Positions 50,731-61,004 are shown, counted from the stretch's first letter. The stretch: DNA of 64,000 nt from Nitrospiraceae bacterium (GCA_050246315.1 JBFWWG010000002.1:1-64000), one strand, 5' to 3'. A program made the numbers and translations. Notes: generated by a model from the letters alone, not told the origin.

Positions 50731-51093
50731 ATGGCGAAGATTACCATCTACCAGAAACCCACCTGCTCGACCTGCCGCCAGGCTTTGCGGATGATTCGGG
50801 AAAGCGGGGCCGACTATTCGTCCGTGAATTATTACGAAACACCCTTTACCAAGGCTCAGCTCAAGGGTCTCCTGAAACGCGCCGGACTGAACGCGAAGGA
50901 TGTGCTTCGCACCAAAGAAGACATCTATCAGCAACTCAAGCTGGCCGAGCGTCAGTTCTCCGACGACGAACTGATCGACCTGATGCTGAAGCATCCCGAT
51001 CTCATCCAACGTCCTCTCGTCCAAAAGGGAGAAAAGGTACTGCTGGCAAGGCCCGCCGAATCCGTTCAGGAACTCCTGTCCCCGTCCGGATAA
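50731..51093 (+). CDS. ArsC/Spx-family reductase
   Basis: IYQKPTCSTCRQA, HPDLIQRPLV, LARP. Confidence 0.9.
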   Translation: MAKITIYQKPTCSTCRQALRMIRESGADYSSVNYYETPFTKAQLKGLLKRAGLNAKDVLRTKEDIYQQLKLAERQFSDDELIDLMLKHPDLIQRPLVQKGEKVLLARPAESVQELLSPSG

Positions 51094-52274
51094 CAGATCA
51101 CCTGCCCGGAGTCCGCTGAGATTCGAAGCGAGGTTCGGCCCTCCAGCACCGAAAGGATTAGGTCTCCGGCGATCGTTCTCCGCCAACCTTCGAGAAGCGG
51201 CACGGTCGAAGTGGTACCGGTCGCCCGCTCTTCCACGATTTTCTGGAGGTCGCCGGCCGTGGCCAGCAACGTTGGCGCGATCCCAAGGGCTGCGGCGCGG
51301 GCCTTGAGGGTGGCTTGCAGCAATTCGATCTGTCCGGCGGATTCCGGTTCGGGCTTGCGGTCACGCGGAACGTCCGGCCATTCGCTGGCAGGCAGCGTCA
51401 AGGCCTGCGCGATTATCGCGAGAATCGCCTCGCTGCTCCGCGCGACTTCCTGAGGAGGGAATCCTCGGATTTCCCGTAGCTCGGTCTGGCGCTTGGGAGC
51501 TTGTCGGGCGACTTGCAACAGGACCTCATCTCGTAGCACGCGTCCGCGCGGCACATTGCGACGGCGCGCTTCCGTCTCCCGCCAGGCTGTCAGTTCCCTC
51601 AAGACCGCCGCCTGGCGAGGCTTCAGGCTGTCCCAACCCCGTATCCGCTGATACCGTTCTCGGCTGGTCTGCTCGCGCTCCACAACCAACGTACCGAGCC
51701 GGTCGAATTCCTCCTGCACCCATTCGAGCCGGCCGAGCGATTGCAGCCGCCGGAGAAGTTCGTCGTGGATGGGCAACAGGTACCGGACGTCCGCCAGTGC
51801 ATAGGCAATCTGGTCGTGCGACAAGGGACGCTGGCTCCAGTTGGTGAACGTGTGTGACTTCTCCAGTTTGGCTCCCTGCGTACGCTGCACCAGTTGAGCA
51901 TAGGCGATCTGGGCGCCGAACCCGAGCATGGAGGCGGCGATCTGCGTATCAAAAAACGGGCGCGGAAGCTGGCCTACGTAGGTGGCAAGGAGTTCCAGAT
52001 CCTGCCGGCCCGCGTGGACGATTTTCTCGATCTTCGTCGAGCAGAGGATCTCGCATAGACGAGGCAGCGCCTGGCACTGTTGCAACGCCGGAAAATCCAA
52101 TACCACTTGGAGATCGGCCGTGCTCAACTGGATCAGTTCGAGCCGGGGAACGAAGCTGTCCTCCCCGATGAACTCCGTGTCGATCCCGAGGCGTGTACAG
52201 GATTCAAGCAGGTCGCACAGCCTGCTAAGAGCCTGTTCATCGCTGATATAGTGCGGGAGGTGTCGGTGCGGCAC
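51066..52274 (-). CDS. rnd: Ribonuclease D
   Basis: IDTEF, HAGRQDLE, FDTQIAA, WSQRPLS...YALADV, HRDC domain, LEGWR. Confidence 0.93.
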   Translation of the reverse strand: MPHRHLPHYISDEQALSRLCDLLESCTRLGIDTEFIGEDSFVPRLELIQLSTADLQVVLDFPALQQCQALPRLCEILCSTKIEKIVHAGRQDLELLATYVGQLPRPFFDTQIAASMLGFGAQIAYAQLVQRTQGAKLEKSHTFTNWSQRPLSHDQIAYALADVRYLLPIHDELLRRLQSLGRLEWVQEEFDRLGTLVVEREQTSRERYQRIRGWDSLKPRQAAVLRELTAWRETEARRRNVPRGRVLRDEVLLQVARQAPKRQTELREIRGFPPQEVARSSEAILAIIAQALTLPASEWPDVPRDRKPEPESAGQIELLQATLKARAAALGIAPTLLATAGDLQKIVEERATGTTSTVPLLEGWRRTIAGDLILSVLEGRTSLRISADSGQVICYPDGDRSS

Positions 52275-52277
52275 TGG

Positions 52278-52919
52278 TTACTCGGTTGGGCGGAAGGGGG
52301 CGTCAGCATGCCGCGGAGGTTCGACGTTGCTGAGGCTCAGTGATTCTTTCAAAAATTGATACGCTTCGATGATCCGCCGCAGTTCCGGCTCCGCGCTGCG
52401 ATCCCCTTCCCGCGCATCGGGGTGAAGGTCCTTGGCCCGCTGCCGGAATGCGCGTGTGACTTTCAACAAGGAGGCGCCATCTTCCAGTCCTAGGATGTCG
52501 TAGGCTTCACTCATAGTCCGAACCTCGCCCGTCGGCCTCGTCCCATCCCAGGAATTGCCCCCTCCGCCGGCGGCCTTTAGGAAATCGGCGAGGTTGATCC
52601 GCCGGCGCCGGCGACGGGGCCGCTCTCGGACTTCGCTGTCGAGATCATCCCAACGATCCTCAACGAATTCAAGCCGGGCTTCTAACCGGATGGCGTGGGA
52701 CAAATCGCAAACCAAGGGAAGCTCGGCATCGATCATGTCCAGCGAGTGGCCGATCTCCTCCAAGGCCTGTTCGACCTGAAAAAAGCTATCAACTCGCTCC
52801 TCCATCATGTGATCGACCGCAAATTCCAAGCTGTCCGTTGTTCTGGTGCGAAGCACCTCGATCCGGCGGCGCATGCCGTCCTGATAGCGCAGGACCTTGC
52901 GTTGATTAAAGGGCATCAC
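52278..52919 (-). CDS. Protein with C-terminal DnaJ (J) domain
   Basis: AYDILGL...FRQRAKDLHPD...LRRIIEAYQFL. Confidence 0.85.
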   Translation of the reverse strand: MMPFNQRKVLRYQDGMRRRIEVLRTRTTDSLEFAVDHMMEERVDSFFQVEQALEEIGHSLDMIDAELPLVCDLSHAIRLEARLEFVEDRWDDLDSEVRERPRRRRRRINLADFLKAAGGGGNSWDGTRPTGEVRTMSEAYDILGLEDGASLLKVTRAFRQRAKDLHPDAREGDRSAEPELRRIIEAYQFLKESLSLSNVEPPRHADAPFRPTE

Positions 52920-53043
52920 TGGTCCGCAATTAGTTCACAAGCACCGGTCAATGGAGGAAGGAATCTTAGCATATCTCTCAGGATCGGCGCAGTGAGTGGA
53001 TGCCGACGGGTGACCTTGTGCCGGGAATGAGTCCAGGGGGAGG

Positions 53044-54483
53044 TCAGTCGGTGAGAGGCCCCTCACCGACTCGGTCTCGGCGGCGGGCGACGACGGTCTC
53101 GCGGGCCGCGGCGGCCACGGCCTGGGCGATTTTCGGCACCACTTGCTTGTCGAAGAGGCTGGGAATGATGTAGTCGTCGCTCAGCGACGTGGCCGGGATG
53201 ATCTCCGCCAGCGCCCGCGCGGCCGCAAGTTTCATGGCTTCGTTGATCTCGCGCGCCTGCGCATCAAGCACCCCGCGAAATATGCCGGGAAAGGCCAGGG
53301 CGTTGTTGATCTGATTCGGATGGTCCGATCGGCCCGTCGCGAAAATGCGGGACTTGGCCATCCCCGCCAGGGGAGCGATCTCCGGATCAGGGTTCGCCAT
53401 GGCGAACACGATCCGGTCCTTGTTCATGAGCACGAGGTCGTCCGCAGTCAAGACATTGCCGACCGAAAGCCCGATCAACACGTCGGCGCCCTTGAGCGCA
53501 TCCTGCAGCGTGCCGGCGGGACTGTTGCGATCGATCGCGGCGCGCAGGTCGTGACGGCAGGCCCGCAATCGATCCCCATCGCCCTGCAACACGATGCCTT
53601 CGGGTTCGATGCCTTTCAGATACGAGACTCCCGCGGCCAACAGCATGCGGCAACAGGCGGTCCCAGCCGCGCCCAGGCCGACGACCACCACCCGCGCCTC
53701 GTCCAGCCGCTTGCCGACAAGCTTCAGCGCATTGGTCAACGCCGCGAGTATCACCACCGCTGTCCCATGCTGATCGTCATGCATCACCGGGATATCAAGC
53801 GTCTCCTTCAGGCGGCGCTCGATGTCGAAGCAACGGGGAGCCCCGATGTCCTCAAGATTGATAGCGCCGAATCCCGGCGCGAGGTGGGTGACCGTGCGCA
53901 CGATCTCTTCCGGGTCTTGCGTGTTGAGACAGATCGGCCAAGCGTCGATCGCTGCCAGTTCGCGAAACAGCATCGCCTTGCCTTCCATGACCGGGAGCGC
54001 CGCCTCCGGTCCAAGGTTGCCTAACCCGAGCACGGCAGAGCCGTCGGTGACGATGGCAACGCTGTTCTGTTTGGTCGTGAAGGCGTAGACCTTCGAACGG
54101 TCGCGCGCGATCGCCTGAGAAACACGCCCCACGCCCGGCGTGTAAACCATCGAGAGGATGTTGCGGGTGGAAAGCGGCAGCTTGCTTTGGACCTTGATCT
54201 TGCCGCCGAGATGGAGCAGAAAAATCCGATCCGACGCGGACAGCACCCGCACATCCGGAATGTCGTCGAGTCGCTTGAGGACGTGTTCGCCGTGCGCCTC
54301 GCTGCTCACATCGAACGTAATGTCGCGAATAATCCGGTCCGCCGTAGCGGACACGATATCGACCGCCCCCAAATTGGCTCTCTCCTCCGCCAGTCTGGCC
54401 GCGACCTGCGCAAAGGTACCCGGGCGATTGCACAGTTCAAGTCGAACGGTCAGCCGATAATTGGAATAGGGTCCGATATCCAT
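53044..54483 (-). CDS. Malic enzyme with N-terminal ACT domain
   Basis: YTPGVG, TDGSAVLGLG, PVMEGK, NLEDI, HDDQHGTA, ANPDPE, NQINNALAFPG. Confidence 0.93.
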   Translation of the reverse strand: MDIGPYSNYRLTVRLELCNRPGTFAQVAARLAEERANLGAVDIVSATADRIIRDITFDVSSEAHGEHVLKRLDDIPDVRVLSASDRIFLLHLGGKIKVQSKLPLSTRNILSMVYTPGVGRVSQAIARDRSKVYAFTTKQNSVAIVTDGSAVLGLGNLGPEAALPVMEGKAMLFRELAAIDAWPICLNTQDPEEIVRTVTHLAPGFGAINLEDIGAPRCFDIERRLKETLDIPVMHDDQHGTAVVILAALTNALKLVGKRLDEARVVVVGLGAAGTACCRMLLAAGVSYLKGIEPEGIVLQGDGDRLRACRHDLRAAIDRNSPAGTLQDALKGADVLIGLSVGNVLTADDLVLMNKDRIVFAMANPDPEIAPLAGMAKSRIFATGRSDHPNQINNALAFPGIFRGVLDAQAREINEAMKLAAARALAEIIPATSLSDDYIIPSLFDKQVVPKIAQAVAAAARETVVARRRDRVGEGPLTD

Positions 54484-54603
54484 CGTGCGCGGTGTCGCCC
54501 GTCTTAAGCAGGAGAATAACATAGAGGCACGGACCTTCGCTCTTTATCTGTTGACTGTTGAGGCCCGTTGACCGGCTTCTCTACCCGGTGCTAGGTTGCC
54601 GTC

Positions 54604-57600
54604 ATGGCACACACAACCGAATCTCGACACTCGAATCGGCTCCTCAACGAAACCAGTCCGTATCTGTTGCAGCATGCCCACAATCCTGTGGATTGGTATC
54701 CTTGGGGACCGGAAGCCCTGGAACGGGCGAAGCGGCTCGACCTCCCGATCCTGCTCTCCATCGGCTATTCTTCCTGCCACTGGTGCCATGTCATGGAGCG
54801 GGAGTCATTCGAAAACGACGAGATCGCCGGGCTCATGAATGAGCACTTTGTCTGCGTCAAAGTCGATCGCGAGGAGCGGCCGGATCTTGACGAAATTTAC
54901 ATGCAGGCCACGGTGGCCATGAATCAGGGTCAGGGCGGTTGGCCGATGACGGTGTTCCTGACACCGGAGCAACAGCCCTTCTTTGCCGGAACGTATTTCC
55001 CCCCAACCGACCGATGGGGACGGCCGGGCTTCGGCACGTTACTGAAGAAGATCGCGGAGTTTTGGGAGAGAGATCGCCAGGGTCTACGGGAACAGGCCGG
55101 ACATCTGACCGATCGGCTCAAGCAGGAAATCCAACTCTCAGCTCCGGCTTCGATTGGCGATTCGGAGTTTGACACCGCCGTGCATCAATATGAAGAGGAA
55201 TTCGACGCGCGATACGGCGGATTCGGCGGTGCGCCGAAGTTTCCTCCGGCCACCGGCCTGTCGTTTCTGCTCCGGCAGTTCCGGCGAACCGGGAACCGGA
55301 AGATCCTCGACATGGTCCGCCGCACCCTGGATGGCATGGCCGCGGGGGGCATCTACGACCATATCGGCGGAGGGTTTGCGCGGTATTCCACGGATGCCGC
55401 TTGGCTGGTGCCGCACTTCGAGAAGATGCTGTATGACAATGCCTTGCTGGCCAAGGTCTACGTGGAGGGCTATCAGGTCTTGAGAGAGGCGCGATACCGC
55501 CGTGTGGCGACCGAAACACTGGACTATATCCTTCGAGAGATGGCCGGACCGGAAGGCGGTTACTATTCCGCAACAGACGCCGATTCCGAAGGGATCGAAG
55601 GCAAGTTTTTTGTCTGGACGCCCGAGGAGATCCGGGCGACGGTCGGTGACGAGGAGGACGCCAAGCGCTTCTGTGCCTATTATGACATCTCAGAAAAGGG
55701 GAACTGGACCGAGCCGGCCGGGCATGACGCATTGCAAGGAGTCAGGAACATCCCGCATACGCCTAGGTCGATCGAGGAGGTCGCACGGGATTGCGGAATC
55801 GCGGTTCACGAGCTCCAGGACAGCCTCGATCGGTCGCGTCGCCTCCTCTATGAGGCCAGACGGAAACGCGTTCCGCCCGGATTGGACGACAAGATCATCG
55901 TGGCCTGGAACGGTCTGATGATCAGCGCCATGGCGGAAGGGGCTCGGGTGCTCGGAGAGGAACGATATCTCAACGCAGCCGTCAGGACTGCGGACTTTCT
56001 GCTCGCGACCATGCGGAAGGCGGACGGCCGGCTTTTCCGCACCTATCGACTCGGTCGTCCACAACATGGAGCCTGCCTGGAGGATTATGCCTGCCTGGCG
56101 GAGGGGCTGATCGATCTCTATGAAGCTGGCGCGCCGGAGCTCTATCTCCGGGCGGCAGCCGGACTGACGGAACGGATCGTGGAAGAATTTCGTGACGAGG
56201 AACGGGGTGGGTTCTTTACCACAGGACAGAGACACGAGACACTGCTGCTGCGCAGCCGAGAGGGGCCGGACGGCGCCACCCCGAGTGCCAACGCGGTGGC
56301 GGCCTCTGTTCTGGCGCGGTTGTCCTTTCACTATGGCCGGGACGAATGGCGCGGGTTGGCGACCCGCGCCATTCGTGCGTATGGGCGCGCCATCGGCCGG
56401 TACCCTCGCGCCTTTGCCAAGAGTCTGATCGTCGCAGAGTTCTTGCTGGAGGGGCCGATCGAACTGGCACTGATCGGCCAATCCCACGAACCGAGTTTTG
56501 AGGCGCTTCGTTCAGCGATGAACCGTCCGTATCTGCCTCATCGCATCATTGCCCACGGCCATCCTTCGCACGAACCGGTCGAACACCCCCTGTTGTCTGG
56601 CAAATCCCTGGTCGATCATCGGGCGGCGCTGTACATTTGTCGCAATTTCACGTGTCAGGCTCCGCTGACTGATCCGGCTTCGGTTGAATCGGCCTTGAGC
56701 GACGGATCATCCACGGCAACGGACTCGCGGGCGGGTCGTTCTCTTTCCGGTTCGAGACTGACGGGATACGCCACCCCCGGAGGAACGGCTGGCTATGCAG
56801 CGCGGAAACTCGGGGCGGACCCGTCTCTCTCCGGCCACGCCTATACGTCATTCGGCGCCACCGGGCTCACGACCAGCCGACTGGGCTTCGGTTGCTATCG
56901 AGTGGATACCAGTGATCCGGAGTTCGGCGTCGCCCTGGCGCTGGCGCTGCGGAAGGGCTGCAACCTGATCGACACCTCGACCAACTACGCCGACGGCGAC
57001 AGCGAGCGACTGGTCGGCCTGACATTGGCCGAGCTTCAGCGCAAGGGTGAGATCAGGCGAGATGAGATTATCGTGGTGACGAAGCTCGGCTATGTCCAGG
57101 GTCAGAATCTTAAGCAGGCCCAGGAACGTGAGCGGATGGGGCGGCCCTATCCCGAGATGGTGAAGTACGGCGACGACATCTGGCACTGCCTCCATCCCGA
57201 ATTTCTGGCAGACCAATTGACCTCCTCATTGGATCGAATGGATCTTTCGACGGTCGATGTCTGCCTGCTGCACAATCCGGAGTATTTCCTGTTGGATGCG
57301 CAGCACCATGGCCGGGCGCTTGAAGAGACGCGTCGAGAATTCGACCGCCGCCTCGGCCAAGCCTTTCGATATCTGGAAGACCAGGTCAGGGATGGTCGCA
57401 TCCGACATTACGGCGTGTCCTCTAACACAGTCATCGGTGCGGCCGACAGTCCTGAGGCAACCTCATTGTCCCGTATGCTGGAGATCGCAGCTACCGCAGC
57501 CCGTGAGGCGGGACAGGCCGCTGGTCATTTTCGGGTGTTGCAATGTCCATTGAATTTATTCGAATCCGGGTCCGTCCTGCTCCCCAATACCGGGCATGGT

Positions 57601-58323
57601 GGCGAGCAGACGGCCTTGAATTATGCAGAGGCCGCGGGCGTCGCCGTGTTGGCGAATCGGCCGCTCAATGCCATGCCGAATCGCCCGGAATCTCGCGGCG
57701 GCATCGTACGGTTGGCGGACGTGCCGCTCGAATCTGAGTCGATCGATTTCGCCGGCCAGCGAGACGCCGTCGCTGCGCTGGAAGCCATCTATCAGCGGGA
57801 GGTGGCTCCACATGTGCCTCATGCCGGACAGGGCTTGGATCCAAAAGAATACTTTACATGGTCGACGGAATTGGCGAAGATTCGACCACATCTGGATGGG
57901 TTGGAGCATTGGGAGCAGGTCGAGCACCAGATGGTTGCGCCGCACTTGAATCAGGTTGTGCGTGCGCTCAATCAGGTCCTCGTTGGAGAGCGGGCCGAAC
58001 CGTGGGAGGCATGGAGGGATCGTTATCTGCCCGAATTGTTGCGCCTACTCAGAAGCCTCAAAGGAGAAGCCGCCACACGGAGTCGACTTCGGACCGATCT
58101 CATTGCCGCGGCTATCAACCCTCTCCTGCCACCATCTATGGTTCAGGCTCCGCTATCACAGAAAGCTCTGAGGGTGGTCATGAGTACACCGGGCGTGACC
58201 GCCGTCCTGAATGGGATGCGCACCAAGGCCTATGTCGAAGACTCATTCGCGACGCTCCGGGGGACGCTGCTCCCTCAGGTTACCTCCATCTATGAAGCAG
58301 CCAGCCGAATCGAATTACCGTGA
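54604..58323 (+). CDS. YyaL/DUF255 thioredoxin-domain protein fused to an aldo/keto reductase
   Basis: [39 protein letters not shown]; then LGFGCYR, DTSTNY, VTK and LLHNPEY AKR motifs in a single frame. Confidence 0.9.
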   Translation: MAHTTESRHSNRLLNETSPYLLQHAHNPVDWYPWGPEALERAKRLDLPILLSIGYSSCHWCHVMERESFENDEIAGLMNEHFVCVKVDREERPDLDEIYMQATVAMNQGQGGWPMTVFLTPEQQPFFAGTYFPPTDRWGRPGFGTLLKKIAEFWERDRQGLREQAGHLTDRLKQEIQLSAPASIGDSEFDTAVHQYEEEFDARYGGFGGAPKFPPATGLSFLLRQFRRTGNRKILDMVRRTLDGMAAGGIYDHIGGGFARYSTDAAWLVPHFEKMLYDNALLAKVYVEGYQVLREARYRRVATETLDYILREMAGPEGGYYSATDADSEGIEGKFFVWTPEEIRATVGDEEDAKRFCAYYDISEKGNWTEPAGHDALQGVRNIPHTPRSIEEVARDCGIAVHELQDSLDRSRRLLYEARRKRVPPGLDDKIIVAWNGLMISAMAEGARVLGEERYLNAAVRTADFLLATMRKADGRLFRTYRLGRPQHGACLEDYACLAEGLIDLYEAGAPELYLRAAAGLTERIVEEFRDEERGGFFTTGQRHETLLLRSREGPDGATPSANAVAASVLARLSFHYGRDEWRGLATRAIRAYGRAIGRYPRAFAKSLIVAEFLLEGPIELALIGQSHEPSFEALRSAMNRPYLPHRIIAHGHPSHEPVEHPLLSGKSLVDHRAALYICRNFTCQAPLTDPASVESALSDGSSTATDSRAGRSLSGSRLTGYATPGGTAGYAARKLGADPSLSGHAYTSFGATGLTTSRLGFGCYRVDTSDPEFGVALALALRKGCNLIDTSTNYADGDSERLVGLTLAELQRKGEIRRDEIIVVTKLGYVQGQNLKQAQERERMGRPYPEMVKYGDDIWHCLHPEFLADQLTSSLDRMDLSTVDVCLLHNPEYFLLDAQHHGRALEETRREFDRRLGQAFRYLEDQVRDGRIRHYGVSSNTVIGAADSPEATSLSRMLEIAATAAREAGQAAGHFRVLQCPLNLFESGSVLLPNTGHGGEQTALNYAEAAGVAVLANRPLNAMPNRPESRGGIVRLADVPLESESIDFAGQRDAVAALEAIYQREVAPHVPHAGQGLDPKEYFTWSTELAKIRPHLDGLEHWEQVEHQMVAPHLNQVVRALNQVLVGERAEPWEAWRDRYLPELLRLLRSLKGEAATRSRLRTDLIAAAINPLLPPSMVQAPLSQKALRVVMSTPGVTAVLNGMRTKAYVEDSFATLRGTLLPQVTSIYEAASRIELP

Positions 58324-58358
58324 CCTGGATATCATGACGCCCTCATCTGTATGGGGCA

Positions 58359-58664
58359 CTCCGGCGCTGGCATATACGAGACCACGAAGAGGAGCCGCCG
58401 GTTCTAGCAAAGCTTGGTATGGAATAGGTGGAGACAAGAACCTATAAGGAGTCTCTCCGGCGCCGTCATATACGAAACAGCGAAGACGAGGCGCCGGTTC
58501 AACCGAAGGTTGGTATAGAGGGGCTTCGCCCGAGGAGCCGCCGGTTCTAGCAAAGCTTGGTATGGAAAAGAAAGAGAAGAATCACTGGCGGGGTTTCTCC
58601 GGCGGCGTCAAGGAAGATGGGCTTCGCCCGAGGAGCCGCCGGTTCTAGCAAAGCTTGGTATGGA
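58359..58664 (+). repeat. Four-copy structured repeat with a 35-nt core
   Basis: GAGGAGCCGCCGGTTCTAGCAAAGCTTGGTATGGA is exact at 58389-58423, 58532-58566 and 58630-58664; a 7-mismatch variant lies at 58485-58519. Confidence 0.9.
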
Positions 58665-58670
58665 GGGCCG

Positions 58671-59249
58671 ATGAAGACCGTTCGTTCGCACCGGTGGCTT
58701 CTGCTCTACGGCCTGTCGGTACTGGTCATGGGCGTTGGCTGTGCAACGAGATCCGGCTCCGGCTCCGGATCCGGACAGGAGAGGGGCGGTGAACCTGCGG
58801 CCGTAGAGCAGGAGGTCATGAATGCGGAACAAGTCGCTGAGCCTGCCCTGAAAGACGTGCCGTTTGAGTCAGCGCAAAAGGCCGTGCCCCTCCCGCCCGA
58901 ACCCGCAGAACCGGCCACCGCCTATCTGCTGGATGTGCCCTTCGATTTCGACCGCTACGTTCTGCGCATGGATGCCGTGGCGATCGTGGAGACCAACGCC
59001 AAGAATTTGAGCAAAGATACCGTCTCTCAAATCGTGCTGGAAGGCCGGGCAGATGAAATCGGAACTGCGGCCTACAATATGGTGCTGGGCGAACGGCGGG
59101 CTAAGACGGTGAAGCGCTATCTGGAGGATCTTGGCTTCTCATCCTCCATCCTCTCCATTGTGACCTACGGCAAGGACCGTCCCCTCTGTTTCGAGCATAA
59201 CCCCGAGTGCTGGCAGAAGAACCGCAGTGTGCGCTTCACGGTCAGATAG
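58671..59249 (+). CDS. Pal/OmpA-family peptidoglycan-associated lipoprotein
   Basis: Lipobox GVGC; FDFDR, EGRADEIGTAAYNMVLGERRA, YGKDRP, WQKNR. Confidence 0.9.
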   Translation: MKTVRSHRWLLLYGLSVLVMGVGCATRSGSGSGSGQERGGEPAAVEQEVMNAEQVAEPALKDVPFESAQKAVPLPPEPAEPATAYLLDVPFDFDRYVLRMDAVAIVETNAKNLSKDTVSQIVLEGRADEIGTAAYNMVLGERRAKTVKRYLEDLGFSSSILSIVTYGKDRPLCFEHNPECWQKNRSVRFTVR

Positions 59250-59371
59250 GAACGCCTCCTGTCCTCCGCTGCCCATCTCAGTGCGGAGCCTCTTCATTGA
59301 TTGTTTCTCGTAGCACACCGGCGCAGCCAACCCATCCCTCATGCGGTTAGCGAACGCGCCGCACTCGGATA

Positions 59372-59393
59372 GTTAACACACCTGTAACCTACG
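59372..59393 (+). promoter_or_regulatory. Candidate Pho box upstream of pstS
   Basis: TTAACA and GTAACC half-sites repeated at 11-bp spacing. Confidence 0.5.
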
Positions 59394-59460
59394 AGTTACC
59401 CCATGGCAATCATCCCGATTTACTCTCCCTACCTGAGAGTAATTGGAATTTGGAGGCACG

Positions 59461-60558
59461 ATGATCTGCAACCACGTAGTCCGCAAGCGAACACGGTTCA
59501 CCTTTTCCCGGCTCACGATGCTGTGTGTCTGTGCGAGCATTCTATGGGGAAGCGCGCTTCCGTCTCAGGCCGAGCAGAGTGGACCCTACGCCGCCCTCAC
59601 TGTGGATGCTGATCGCCCGCGCTATGCGCCGCAATCTTATGTATCGGGCGGGTTCAAAGTGAGGGGCTCGGATACGATGCACCCGTTGATGACCCGTCTT
59701 GCTTCGGAATTTCAACGCCGGCAGCCGAAGGTCACTATCGAGATCAGGACCGGCGGTTCCGCCAAGGCCATAGCCGAATTTCTCGAAGTGCCTCCGGTGG
59801 GTCGAATTGTCTTGAAGGAGGAGCGATCGAGCCAGGTGGTTCTGGTCGCGACCTCTCGCGAGCTATTGGACACCGAAGTCAAGCAGTTTTCGTCGCAGCA
59901 TGGGTACGAACCGACGGCTATTCCGGTCGCGGTTGATGCCGTGGCGCTTTACGTTCACAAGGACAATCCATTGCCCGGTCTCACGTTGGATCAAGTCGAT
60001 GCGATGTTTTCCACTACCCACCATCGCGGTTATCAGAGCCCACTGACTGAATGGGGACAACTCGGGTTGGAGAGCGGGTGGGAGAAGGCGTCGATCCGGT
60101 TATATGGACGCGACCGAAAATCCGGCACCAGAGGATTCTTTCAGGAACACGTGTTGGGAGGTGGAGAATTCAGCCCTCTCGTGCACGAGCAACCGGGCGC
60201 AGCCTCGGTCATTCTCGCCTTGAGTCGAGATCAATTGGGAATCGGCTATAGCGGGTTGGGGCTGCTCGCTTCGAGCGTGCGCGCCATACCGCTTGCCGAA
60301 CATGAGGGGAGGCCGTTTATTACGCCGTCATACAGCACAGTGGCCGATCAAAGTTATCCACTGCGCCGGGTCTTGTACCTGTATGTCGATCAGTCACCCG
60401 CCTCGGCTCTACCGCCCGCAGCTCAAGAATTTCTCACTTTTATTGCCAGCAGAGAGGGTCAAGAAACTGTCGTCCGGGCTGGATTCTATCCACTTCCCTT
60501 CCCTCAGGCGGAGAGGGTTTCCGCCAGTCTCTCGGAGCCCGCCCTATTCAATCGCTGA
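59461..60558 (+). CDS. pstS: Phosphate ABC transporter substrate-binding protein, PstS family
   Basis: GSDTM, VAVDAVALYVHKDNP, YGRDRKSGTRGFF, GIGYSG, YPLRRVLYLYV; RBS GGAGG. Confidence 0.9.
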   Translation: MICNHVVRKRTRFTFSRLTMLCVCASILWGSALPSQAEQSGPYAALTVDADRPRYAPQSYVSGGFKVRGSDTMHPLMTRLASEFQRRQPKVTIEIRTGGSAKAIAEFLEVPPVGRIVLKEERSSQVVLVATSRELLDTEVKQFSSQHGYEPTAIPVAVDAVALYVHKDNPLPGLTLDQVDAMFSTTHHRGYQSPLTEWGQLGLESGWEKASIRLYGRDRKSGTRGFFQEHVLGGGEFSPLVHEQPGAASVILALSRDQLGIGYSGLGLLASSVRAIPLAEHEGRPFITPSYSTVADQSYPLRRVLYLYVDQSPASALPPAAQEFLTFIASREGQETVVRAGFYPLPFPQAERVSASLSEPALFNR

Positions 60559-60612
60559 CTCGAACTCTCGTGCTACCGGCCAGACCAAGTCGAGGGACCT
60601 GATCGAGCTTTG

Positions 60613-60930
60613 GCAGGAGGTTGAAAACGTCCGCCAGTTTGGTCGGAGCCGCCATGAGCGGTCCTTTCTTGATGCAACGGGTGTGACGCGAGGAGGCTCA
60701 CTCCTGAAGGAGTATCTCCAACGGTCTATGATAACCGAATGAGGGGAATCGCGCGTAGGGTGTTTCTCTGTCGGCGCAGTGACGAAAAGTCGTAATCCGC
60801 TGGCGGTTCAAGCGAAGCTTTGGATGCACCTCTTCGTCTCTTGACTCGCCGCGGCCACAGCCGAGAAAAGGCGCACCTCGGCGCACCGGGGTTGGACGGG
60901 TGAGAATGCCTGCCTTGTTCACTATTCTGC
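60613..60930. mobile_element. Degenerate MITE-like intergenic element
   Basis: Imperfect terminal inverted repeats GCAGGAGGTTGAAAACG / CTTGTTCACTATTCTGC (11/17), no convincing ORF, internal hairpin shared with the 58.4-kb repeat. Confidence 0.5.
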
Positions 60931-61004
60931 GGGAGGTTCTGAGATAGTCCGTGAATGCCGGCACAGCGAAGGAGCACGGGTGCTCGAACGGTTTTCGCCC
61001 CCCG

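Noticed and set aside
3375..56487. Long overlapping ORFs (3375-4328, 12104-13210, 37611-38510, 37801-38751, 43152-44042, 53143-54024, 55690-56487)
   Set aside because: They overlap well-supported genes in antisense or alternate frames and lack motifs, as expected in GC-rich DNA.
58389..58664. CRISPR array (35-nt repeats)
   Set aside because: Gaps between cores are 61, 12 and 63 nt, the intervening sequences share motifs and pair with the repeat, and no cas genes are present.
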